A stretch of DNA of 63,998 bases, filler included, from Blastocystis sp. subtype 4 (lineage: Eukaryota): NCBI RefSeq assembly GCF_000743755.1. It is 7 parts of 7 records of this genome, joined end to end, with 100 filler letters (N's around TTAATTAATTAA, not from the genome) between each part and the next. Parts side by side here need not be neighbours in the genome. Positions count along the whole stretch, not along the records: positions 44,050 to 50,890 come from NW_014569136.1; positions 50,991 to 59,488 come from NW_014569135.1; 5 more parts are not named here. One strand, 5' to 3'. This document shows, in pieces, positions 44,050 to 55,500 of this stretch (the stretch's first letter is position 1; each line of letters opens with the position of its first letter). The notes beneath the pieces are model-generated. The model did not search any database and was not told where the DNA came from. It saw nothing but the letters and a program-made list of their open reading frames with translations. The position numbers and the translations under genes were made by a program.

Positions 44050-44391
44050 AAACCACGACCTTTGCATTATAATGTCTTACTGACACATACCTGGAGGAAG
44101 GAACTTCATATTGAAGATGAGATCATACATCTCTTGAGCTGAACGCTGACCATGATCGTCATCCCAACCTAGACGGAACGACTGAATGTGCTCCTTTTGG
44201 AGAGAATAGGTTCCCTCTACTACACGACGAACAGTTTGCCACCAGTCCTCCTTGCTCCCATCATCAAGAGTACGCGAATAGGTTCGACGATACACAAGTT
44301 CGCCCAAAGGAGCATATCCAAAGGGAGGTTGAACAGTCTTGTACTTATCAATAAACGATTCATCAAGTTTAAAACACAGGTCACAACTCAT
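44050..44391 (-). CDS. nrdJ: Class II (adenosylcobalamin-dependent) ribonucleotide reductase, 5' fragment
   Basis: PPFGYAPLGELVYRRTYSR...EDWWQTVRRVVEGTY...SAQEMYDLIFNMKFLPPG|intron|RG, the N-terminus of monomeric RTPR-type RNR. Confidence 0.85.
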
Positions 44392-44987
44392 TTCGCGTAA
44401 TCTAGATAGGGATGAGTATGATGGAAAAAACTAGGGCACAACTAAAAATGCTATCGAAACATCCACATACTTGAATAAGAAACAGGAAACAAGTTAATGG
44501 AATAATAAAAGTGAGGAATTATCAATTCAAGACCGCTTAAAAAAAGGCGGCAACAGCGGTTTCATGAGGGAAGGGGTCAAGAAGAATACGACTGCAAAAA
44601 ATTATACAGGAATTAATACAAAGGAAACCGTAATCTGTCATATTCTGAGTCAGAACACTCTTTCATAGAAAAAAAAAGGATAGAGAATTAAAAGGAATAA
44701 CCTTGAACCTCCTGAAGGTGGCGGTTCATGTAATGAGGTTTACAGAATAGAAAGAAATGGGATTATGAGTTGAAATAAATCTCTTTTGAATGACTTTCAG
44801 TTTATGCATTGGTTTGATAACATCTTCGAATGATGGGAATGGCATTGGGAATTGGGTTCTTATATTAATGGAAATCACTTAACATCATTGAAGGGATTGG
44901 TTTGTGGATAATGTTGATGTTTCTTCGCTCTTGTGTTTGAATGACAATATCCCTTTTTTCAGACATTGCAACATAATATTCACAAGG

Positions 44988-46960
44988 ATGCAGCCTATTT
45001 TAACGCAAGATATCGAAGTATGGGATACGATGCATAAGCCAATCACTGTGCATATTGGAGAAAATAGTATTCTTTGGCATGAAAAGTCGAATAATCTTTG
45101 CTATTATAGCTGTAGAGGTGAAATCAAGGGCTATTGTCTTTTAACAGATATTGTATTTTGTCACTACCGCCACAAAGTGGAGGAAGTGGTTGTTATTGCC
45201 TTACCAAGGAAACGAAGTCATCGAAAAGTAGAATTGCGAGAGCGTTGCATTCAGCGTTTTTCGTTTTTCAGTCCGTCAAAGTCCATTATTACATCAGATA
45301 TGTTAGCAAATCCTGCCTATTTCATTTACAAGCACCTTCATCAAGTGATTATGAATGAATATAAAGCGGATACCGATCATATTCTAGAAATCAATAAACG
45401 ATATTATGATTCTGAAGAGGCAATGGAAAAGCTGCGACACCATTTAGCCGTGAATCCATCGCAATCGATTCTTGGTTAACGTTTCTATCTATCTTAATAT
45501 CTAGAAATGTATGGGGGAAGAAATGTATTAGTGATTCTGAATCCTCATGGTGGAGATACTCATGCAATGAGTGTAAGTACATCAATCCTGTATCATCTAG
45601 TTATGGGAAGATATTATCAAACCATTCTTCTTACTCATCAATCTGAAGTTCCGTTTCCAAACCACAAACTATGCGTAACTCCTTTGAATCGATGTGATGA
45701 TTAGTGGACATGCTGAGGACCTTGGAGTTAGTTTTGATAGTAATATTTATGATTCTGTGTTGTTTATCAGGTACATCATGATAGGGTTCATTCATTCTAG
45801 TGGAGATGGAACTGTCAATGAATTTGTAAATGGCATTCTCTCGCGTCAGGATGCCCGTTCGATTCTCTTCACAACTACGATTGGAAGTATTTCAGCAGGT
45901 AGTCAGAACAGTCTTTCCAGAGGGATGGGAACCAATAATGTATACACAGCTCTCTATTGTTTGGCCAAACGAAAGGTTCGAATCTTTGATGGGATCTGTG
46001 TTGAGAATGGTGCTCATCTGTGTCGATATGCTTTCTGTGGTTGTGGCTGGGGAATTATCTCGGATATGGTTCAAGACTACGAGAAGTATCGGTTCTTGAA
46101 ACAATATCGATATTGGTGGTTGAAGGGTGTTCATGGCTGTTTCTGTCGGAGGAAGCATTACAGTTCCTATCGGTATGTTAAAGGAGACAATCAAGCTAGA
46201 CTCCAGTGCAATCATATCAACCCATCCGTAGATATCCATGTCGTCTTTCACATCTAGTGTCCAGAATGTATCGAGTCCTCCAAATCCAGTCTACACCCAA
46301 TGTAACCCTTCATTCTCTTCTTTGAAGTAGACCGATGCTCCCTCGAGCAGATCTGAGCATTCTTGTTCGTTTCTGTCTGACTTCATCGAGTTCTGACTCT
46401 ATTCCTCAGATCAGTCCACCTGAATTCGATCCTGAGAAGGGTGTATCTCGTCCTCAAACCACAGATCTGCTTCAACTTCAACAACCCTCCCAGGAAGTCA
46501 TCCCTGATGATGAACCCAAGGAAGTGCGACTCGATGACCTCCTCCAGGGTCTTCATTCACTATTACAATTATTCATAGACTATTCAAAGTGTCTATGGTA
46601 CGAAGATGAAGGATTTTGCCATACAATCGGAGTGATCAATACAAGTCCAGATTCCAAGTGGTGTCACATATCCTATTGTTTATCTTTTCATGAATCCTTC
46701 ACATTGACTCTTGCAATGGTGTTATTGATGTGGTTATAGCAAAACAAGGGAATTGCTGTCAAGATGTATCGATGGCTCTGAAATATACCGTTGGACAGGA
46801 ATACAATTGTGATCTAATGGATTATATTAAAGCAAAAGCCTTAGAGATCAACAGCACTACCGATGAGGTAATCATGTTGGATGGAGAGGTCTTCCCTGGA
46901 CCTAATCCATTTCGGTTTGTAGCCATTCCTAGTTTGCTGACGGTGTTTGGAGAGTATTAA
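44988..46960 (+). CDS. Sphingosine/ceramide kinase-like protein (DAGK catalytic family)
   Basis: VLVILNPHGG, SGDGTVNEFVNG, ISAGSQNSL, GWGIISD, MLDGEV; contains an AT-AC intron at 46668..46708. Confidence 0.85.
46668..46708 (+). other. U12-type AT-AC mini-intron (41 nt)
   Basis: ATATCCTAT...TCCTTCAC ATTGAC. Removal joins ORFs 46335.. and 46730.. in frame as WCH|SCNGVIDVVI. Confidence 0.8.
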
Positions 46961-46982
46961 GTTTGAAGCGATAGTGTTTGTT

Positions 46983-47693
46983 CAACAAAGAGGATACATA
47001 TAGTTTTCTGATACAAAATCCCAATTAACAACATTGAGCCAATCTATTCGTGATTACTGTAACACATTCTTACTCTTCACGTAATTCGCACGAGCATTCA
47101 TATAGTCAAGATAATAGGCATGCTCCCATACATCGCAGCAAAGCAGAGGCTTCTTTCCGTCTACAATCACATATTCTAACAACATGTACCACGAAGAGGA
47201 TTGGCAGCATTGACCGTGGAGAGAATCTCTAGACTTCCATCCTCATTCTTTACAAGCCACGACCAACCTGAGCCGAAGTGAGCCACTGTCACCTTTGTGA
47301 AAGCCTCAATAAATGCCTCCACAGATCCCCACTTCTTTTCAATGGCACTCTTTAATTCTCCCTTCAGCTCAGTCTTATTCGGTGTCATACACTACGAATC
47401 ATAGACGTTTTAAGTTACTACATTCCAATAGAACGTATGGTTCCAGACCTGAGCAGCATTGTTAAAAACTCCTCCAGTAGCAGTACGAATAAGATCCTCC
47501 AGAGAATCACCTCCTTCAGGAAGCAATGTATTCAAATTGTTCACATACCTAGATACTAATCCACATAGCCACTCTTGTACGTTTGGTGATGTTTTCCATA
47601 ATGGAAATCGATAGTCTTCTCAGAGATATAGGGCTCCAGGGCATTACGAGGATATGGAAGAGCAGGAAGCACATAGTGAGTCGGGTTACTCAT
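46983..47693 (-). CDS. sodB: Iron/manganese superoxide dismutase (Fe-type likely)
   Basis: [56 protein letters not shown]. Confidence 0.93.
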
Positions 47694-47850
47694 GATCTTA
47701 CAATTTACAATAGATAAAGAAAAAGTGATCTTATCACGCCCATCAACAAGAATTGGTTCTCCAATTAAATAATAGAACTGAAATTGGCAAAGGCAAATGG
47801 AAGCAGATCTTTGATTGATGCAATTTGATTCCACAAACAACCAACAGTAA

Positions 47851-48762
47851 TCAGTTATGACCTAAAGGGCAGGAGGCTGATTGACTCCGAAGCCTAACAA
47901 CTCGAGTTGATGCTTCTTCACCGTTGTACAGGAGAAGACGACCTTCTAGAGACTCTCCAATGTGGAGAATCTGCTTCAATGCTTCAACGGCCTACATTGA
48001 TACACTTGTTCCTAATTTACTTCAATGGATCCAATTACACCAGGAAGGGGAGATAGAATGGCTAGTTTTGATCCAAATCTGATTGTATCCGGGGTGATTG
48101 GCTTATTTGGATAGAGACAGCGGAAACAGGGTCCTGCCTTATGACCATACACTGTCACTTGACCATCTAGCCTCTGTGTTGCACCTGAAATGAAACACTT
48201 TCCTTGTCGTACGCACTCATCATTGATGATGTAACGTGTGTCGATGTTATCACAACAGTCAATGATTACATCATGACTCCCTATCAATTGAGGAGCATTA
48301 GCTTCTGAGAAACGTTCCTTTATCGCTGTGCATTCAATGGTTGAGTTCAATTCCAACGCTCTTTTGCATAAAGAATCTGCCTATCCATGAACACTCTACA
48401 TTGTGTTCACTTTGAATATTTTTTCCTCAGCAGCTCTTTCAGAATGACCGATTTGTCTGTGAAGATTACTAACTTCCACAATATCATTATCAACAATGGT
48501 TAGGTGTCCTAGAAATCATAATTCTACCAAGCAATTCACCAACACCGCTTCCTGCTAAGTACAAAACTACAGGACTGCCCAATCCTCCTGCTCCTATGAC
48601 CAGAACATGGGCATTTTGGATTTGCTTCTATTCGTCACTATTCCAAGATTTGATCACTTGTCCCTCAATTCCAACCTGATCCAATCGGATTTGCCTTGAA
48701 TATCTCTCTTTCATATCCGCTTCATTCTCAGGACTCGTTCGGGATCGTTTCTCTTCTGTCAT
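47851..48762 (-). CDS. MoeB/ThiF/Uba4-like adenylyltransferase with no rhodanese domain
   Basis: [47 protein letters not shown]. Confidence 0.85.
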
Positions 48763-49072
48763 TTGATTAGTAGTCGATCAACAAACAAGGCACCAAAGAA
48801 ATCATAAAGATGCTTCACGGGAATAAAACTGTTTTCATAAACTACATATACCAAAGCATCAACCTCTCTAACCATATTCCTTGATCATCTCTGTTCCTTG
48901 CTTTTATTGATACATTGTATATACAAGAATCACAAAGATCGCCATCTCTAGCATCCTAGTGTCTACCTTTCATTTTCTTTATGTACCTATTCTCGAGCAC
49001 AACAGAACAAAGAAGTTAACTCTACTTGGTAACTAATGGCATTTCAACAAACACATCAACATATAGGATAGT

Positions 49073-50170
49073 TTATAAGGGTTTGAAAAGGGAAGAGTCT
49101 GAAAGAATATCCCAATATTCTCCTAGGTCATACTGACGGATCAATGACTGAACTGTATTTTTCATTAACATTGCAGTTGTTAGCAGAGCAACTCCTCCTG
49201 GAACTGGAGTTATTGCACCTGCTATTCCCATGCAACTACTCATATCCACATCTCCCGCTAAAACATCTAGAATTCAACTCTCTATCTTTTCATACATGTT
49301 CCTGCTTCATTTTGAATACATCGTGTCCCAATATCAACTACAGTAGCTCCTTCCTTAATCCAGTCTCCTTGGATCATAAACGGTTGTCCCACAGCACTCA
49401 CAACAATGTCAGCCTATTCTATATCCACTCCAGCAGATCTACAGTACGCGTTATAGAAGGAATTGCAGGAGTATGTTTATCCACCTTTGTACAAATGCAA
49501 CCCATACGTTGAAGGAGACAGAAACAAGGATAGCCTACCAGTGCACTTGAACCAATGATGACAGCTCGTTTCTGCTTTGTTGGGATCGAGTATGCGTAGA
49601 GTGAAGGAATGTAATGTGAAAGAAAGATAGGATATTTGGAGGTAGTGAACCATGGCCATCGCAGCACAAGGACTGTTCACCATTGAGTCATTTAATAGCT
49701 TCTCTTGATTGGACGTGCCACATCCATCCACATCTTTCGTTGGGAGAATGGTATCGAGAATGGCTTGCGAATCCAGATGGTCTACAATACAATCCTTCCA
49801 AATCTACTACTGGGTAGTGGTAACTGAACGATGATCCCATGAATATCCTCTCTCCTATTCAAGTCTTGGATGGACTCTTGGAGTGATTGTGTTTCTATCG
49901 ATTCTGGATATTGATATTCATAGAAATTGACTCCAAGAGCATGCCCCAATTGCTTCTTTGCATATACATACCGTTCCATTTCAAGAGCATTTCCAACATG
50001 AATCACAGCAAGTCCAGGTCTCACATGATACCGTTTGTACAGGGCATCTGTCGTATACGAAATCTAATGCATTACTTCATTGATCTGTAAACTACCTTAT
50101 CTCGCAGTCGATTACTTAATCGCCAACCATCCAGTATTTTGGTGGTTAATTTAGGAGTATTGAAATTCAT
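49073..50170 (-). CDS. folD: Methylenetetrahydrofolate dehydrogenase/cyclohydrolase (divergent)
   Basis: [45 protein letters not shown]; contains an AT-AC intron at 49596..49635. Confidence 0.85.
49596..49635 (-). other. U12-type AT-AC mini-intron (40 nt)
   Basis: Minus strand ATATCCTATC...TTCCTTCAC TCTAC. Removal gives in-frame [20 protein letters not shown]. Confidence 0.85.
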
Positions 50171-50281
50171 GTCATGGAAACACTAGCGTTCTATAAAAGC
50201 ATTCAAAAAAGATAATATTGGAATTCCTTTCAAAAACAAAGATATCAAAGTACCACCACAATTGACGACAAATACTCCATT

Positions 50282-50642
50282 TTACTTCTTAGGTCTGACA
50301 GCACATCCAGCGACAATGCGGGCCTTACCTCCAGTAGGAGTACAGAGCAGAGCATTGCAGCTAAAGCTAAATCACCAGTCCAAACACATACTTATCGCAC
50401 ACAACAACAGACTGGGCATGACTGAACACAGTGGTGCTATCAATGATTTTAGAAGAACAAATCCTACATGTTGAAGCAACCAGGGCATCGGACGTCCATA
50501 AAATAGCTGTTGGGGGTCTGTACAAGTCTCTTCAGCTTATGCTTCTGAGCCTCTTCTTCAGCACTAGGATAACGGAGATCGTTCACCTATTCCACTCGTT
50601 AGTCTGCTTCCAACAACGATAACACTCCAAAGAACCTACCAT
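50282..50642 (-). CDS. RPS27: 40S ribosomal protein S27 (eS27)
   Basis: [32 protein letters not shown]...[10 protein letters not shown]. Confidence 0.95.
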
Positions 50643-50890
50643 GTTGTCAAATTAGTTGTTTGTGGATACAAAGTGAGAAATGGAAAAGGAATAAGTTGGC
50701 TCCCACGGTTTCGCAAGAATTACCCATTTCCCGCGGTTCCCGCCTTTGTGTTTGTTCAATGATACGGACTGTTCTACGGGTTTTCCGACCGTTTCCGACC
50801 CATTCGTGTATCTCAGGCAACCTATCTCTCGTTTCAAGCATCTTAAGAAAGTCATTCGCAACTCGATTCTCTATGGAGTCTACTCAAAAC

Positions 50891-50990
50891 NNNNNNNNNN
50901 NNNNNNNNNNNNNNNNNNNNNNNNNNNNNNNNNNTTAATTAATTAANNNNNNNNNNNNNNNNNNNNNNNNNNNNNNNNNNNNNNNNNNNN
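50891..50990. other. Artificial contig linker
   Basis: N-TTAATTAATTAA-N, 100 nt. Confidence 0.97.
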
Positions 50991-52195
50991 GCAGTTGGTC
51001 CCTTCATCACCAAATCAAACAGACCCAACTTGTTGTACACATTAGGCTTCTCATATCCAGCAATATGATACTTCTGCTCATCAGGAATATTCTGACACTC
51101 CTCCTCCTTGTTAGTATGATGATAGAACTCTCTGTAAGCAATACCATTCTCAAAGATGTAATCAAAAGCCCAAGCAAGAGGCAAACCATCACACACCTTT
51201 CCAGTCACTCCATGTTCCTTACCAACACAATCAATCAGTTCTTGAGCAGACAGAGCAACCTCCACAATCTGATCATACTCCTCGAAGTACAGCTTCTTGA
51301 TAGCATACTCAATTGACATTGTGGTAGCGAAAGCCCAAGTGACAGAACAGTTCTGAGGCTTACAGATGTAACTACGAAGAGTATTCTCCTCCAGACGACG
51401 AGATCCAAACACATCATCACAAGGATCCATTGAGGGCATCAGATAACGGAGATTTGAGTTGTTGTAAACAGGAACAGTAGAGGGAATAGGAGTAATAATT
51501 CCAGAGTATCTCTGCTTGGTAGTAGTGATCTCCTCGAACTCATCAGGATGCCAATCAGCATAGAAAGTGAATTCCATCCAATACTTGTCCTTCATGTTCC
51601 AGTCATGGATCTTCTCACAAGAATCAATGAAATACTCAAGACGAGTCTGGAACTCTGCAGTAGCAGGATCACGGCTAGTACACTTCATGGTGGGGCTCCA
51701 CTTGCTCAGATAGCTCAGATAACCCGCCTGATCACAAGTGAAATCAGAGTGCTCATAAGTAGGATCTTCAGGATAAGCACGCTGTCCAGTGAGAGGCTTG
51801 CTCTTATCGAAATCAGGCTTCTTGTGAGACTCAGGAACAGTAGTGTATTCTACCTCAGTCTGTTCCAGATCCACAACCTTCCAGTAAGGAGCCTTAGTAA
51901 GATCATGATCCTTATTGTACTCGTTACCAGGAGTGGCATCCATGTACTCAATGTTCACAACAGCAGGTCCTCGGCAACCAATGTAATAGTAACCAGGATT
52001 AATGCAATAGGCACCAGTAGAAGTGAGCTTCTCAATCAACATCAGACCGTTGGTCTTCATGGAAGCATCACTCAAACGCACTTCACAACGCACCTCATCA
52101 GAAGGCTTAGAGAACTTGACAGCAATAAAACCCTTTTCACAGTTAAGACTAAAGGCCACTGCTAAAATGGCAAAAACTACAACAGCACTTCTCAT
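50991..52195 (-). CDS. Secreted papain-family (C1A) protein with I29-like prodomain, catalytic Cys replaced; 3' truncated
   Basis: Signal peptide; EFQTRLEYFIDSCEKIHDWN...FTFYADWHPDEF prodomain; PQNCSVTWAF; LSAQELIDC; CDGL...AFDYI. Confidence 0.8.
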
Positions 52196-52546
52196 GTCAC
52201 CGAGATAATACTTTTGTGGTCAATAGATTTTAGGACGTTTCAACAGCCACCTTCAATCGCGGGAACTTTGTCAGAATAATGAATACTGATTGGCTAATGC
52301 TTAATACAATCCTAGATTCCAGAGTGTCTAGAATACCCACTCTTCCACATTTGTTTCTCCCTTTGACTCAGAATACCAAGAACTGTTTCGTGAAGGAAAG
52401 AGAGGTTCATTAAGGATCCTCACACTGATATAGCAATAAGTGAAGAATTGTTTTCTCATTGCTTGGTGTGGAAAAAAAGACCCATCTTCATAGAACAGAT
52501 TAGACAATTTCTTCTCCATCTCTAGGCCGGATTCTTTCTTCTTTCT

Positions 52547-55500
52547 ATGAATATACTATATATACGACTCCTCATCTCATGGTCTCCAGTCTCACAAAAT
52601 TTCTTTCCCTTCACAATCTATTCTTCCCAGTTACGAACAAACCATGAATTCGACTTCATTTCGATATGTTTCATCATGGTTTTCACTATCCACCATAATC
52701 CAGAAATCGGCTCAATTTCAGCCACCTTCCGAATTGCTGTTAGACCAAGTCTTTTGAATCAAGAATGTATTCAAGTGTGTTATTTGGATTTGTAAGCTCT
52801 TCACCAAATAGCCTGACAGAATAGACACTTCTAGCAGTAGTCTTGTCAGAAGGCAAGTTTTGCAGCTCGGATGGTTTCTGGCCACAAACAGAGGTCTTTA
52901 AAGAGGCTTCTGTGAACTGCGATTCGGGTTTTCTCAGTCGTATGTGTATGGGAGACATGGAGTGGGGCCGCATTAGTGATCATAACTGTGGTACTTCTTG
53001 TTGCATTTGGAACTCATTGCAATAGAGTGCGTGCCTTCGGAGGACATTCCTGTGCTTCATAATGTGAAACGAGGAGAAACGATCCGCCACCAGTGTGATG
53101 GTTTCCTCGAAGTTACATGTAATATGACTGGTACTTGGGATGCGAAGGACATCGATGACTATAATTGCTGTAGGAATAGAAAAGGATCTTCATAGGTTAG
53201 ATTGTGCAAGAAATGACGGATTCCGAATGACGGAAACTGATAACTATGCTAGTAAGAAATGTACTCTAGGAGAAGTAGACCGTTTCTGTAACTTGGGATG
53301 ATCCGGACTATAGTGATTGCTGTATGTGTTTATCATAGCAATAATGGTTTTAGTCAATTTTGCTACTAAGTGTTCGTCTTCAGGTGCTCAAACTGTCACA
53401 TTTGCAATTTCTCCAAATACAGGACACGAGGGTGTGGAGGTCTGTGTATTGCCAGTGTTTCGTAATTCGACTACTAAGTATACTCCAGATGAGATCAAGG
53501 ATCTGGGCCGATGTACCACAGAGGCTGATAAGAATCATCAGTACATACTGTCATTCGATTTACTACCCGATCTGTACACGGCTCTTATAACAGCCAGGAA
53601 GGACTATTCACCTGTTGTTATCCCTGCTCTGAGTGCCCTACATGTCGAGGATCATTATGAGTTTCAGTTTTCAATGCCCAGTTGTGACAATACTATCTCA
53701 TTCGTCACTTCTGATTCTTACTCAATCACCATCGCCAACAGTTATGTGTGGGCCTCCACCACAGCTCCCAGGATCTTTATCTACTACACAGATGATCTGA
53801 CTCTGTCTCTGGCTGACATTAACAAGTTCAACAAGTCATCGTTCGAAGGAATGTCATATGTGGCTAATCAACAGTTTACCATTCCCAACCTGAAGCCCAA
53901 TACGACGTATCAGTTCTATGGATTCGTGGAACCTACAGGAAATGATGTATCATTCATTCAACGCATGATCTCGAATCAAATCTTTGCTCGGACATATGAT
54001 GTATGTTCAGATGAATTGTGGCCTACAGTGGGAGTAGGAAGTGAATCGAAGATTGAATGTACGATTGGTTATCATGCCTATCGTTGCTCTAAACTGGAGG
54101 ACTATAAAGCTGGATTCACTACTCGAAATGATAATTGCTTCTGTAAGGAAGAGACAGTGGATGGAGTACACTATAACCAAACTGCCTACAATAGCACATA
54201 CGAGGGACGTTTATGTGGCTGGCAAGGTGTGTGGGAGAGTGTGACACATGTACAGTGTGAGGCAGAAGGTGCGTGGCCTACTACACCAGAAGGCCGTTTT
54301 GCTGTTAAGAAGTGTGATAATGATGGTCAATTGATTCGCTGGTGTATGAATGGCCAGTGGCAGGATGTAGAAGACCAGCAGTGTGGATGTGCCTCTCGAG
54401 AACTGGATGAAGTGACTTGGACAGCTGCGAATCGAGATGAATCGGTTATTCATTATTGTGGTATTGGTAATATGACACGTTATTGCAATGAGTGGGGTCA
54501 TTGGGACGAGTATGAAGATTATGGCTGTTATTGTGAAACTGATGGTAAGTGGTCGTCACGTCCTCGAAACACCACACAGTATTCCCAATGTGGTACGGGA
54601 GGTGTGGAAGGTAATGTGGAAACTCGTCGTTGTAAGAATGATGGCTTCTGGGATGAGGTCAATTATGAAGGGTGCCTGTGTCAGAATGTGACTGAAAATG
54701 AAATTACATGGCCAACTACCCCTATGAACGAAGCTGCTTGGATTCAGTGTGAGGAGGGTTCCAAAGCTCGTCTCTGTGGAGATGGTGGTTTTTGGGATTC
54801 GAATATTGCTGATTACAACTGTGCCTGCAAGGAGGACATGGGATGGCCCAAGACTCCTGCAAATCAGACAGAGTTCTTGCCCTGTCCAGATAACATTAGA
54901 GGATCGCAAACACGACGATGTCGTAATGATGGTGTGTGGGAAGATATCAATTCTATTGGATGCTATGGATCTTGTCCTGCTTATGGTCGTTTCTCCGTAA
55001 CTCTATCGGGTACAACTGGTGAGGTGAAATGTGAACATGGAGGTGGTCGGATTCTGATGGACTGTTTGAGGAAGTTGGATGCAAATGGAGACTACTATGG
55101 AGAATGGGACTTTGATTCATGGCGTGTGGAAGGTACTTGTCAGTGTGCTAATGATGATGATGTGTTCCCAACTACAGATGTGAGTACAGACGCCATTGTT
55201 GAATGTGATAGTGGAAGTCGAACGAGAACATGTGGTAAGTTCACGGCTCGTTGGGAGGCACCTGTGGATCATAATTGTCGTTGTACAGTGTTGGATGCTC
55301 CTTTTGAAATGGAGCTCACACCTATCTATGAAGAGACGGTTGTTAAATGTGGTGCCGGTGAGCGAAGAGTGTACTGTACTCCTAAGGGTCATTATGAGAA
55401 CCGGGATACTTCGAACTGTTTCTGTGCAGAGGAAGGGAAATATGAACAAACAGTTGTGGACGGGCGTGTGGATGCAGATTGTGCTGAGAAGGGTAGAGAG

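Noticed and set aside
24518..44391. A B12 'gene cluster' of MMACHC and nrdJ
   Set aside because: The genes are on different contigs separated by artificial linkers, so co-location is not evidence.
48840..49060. Possible tiny gene between the MoeB-like gene and folD
   Set aside because: Intron-like pieces are present, but I could not build a convincing spliced ORF.
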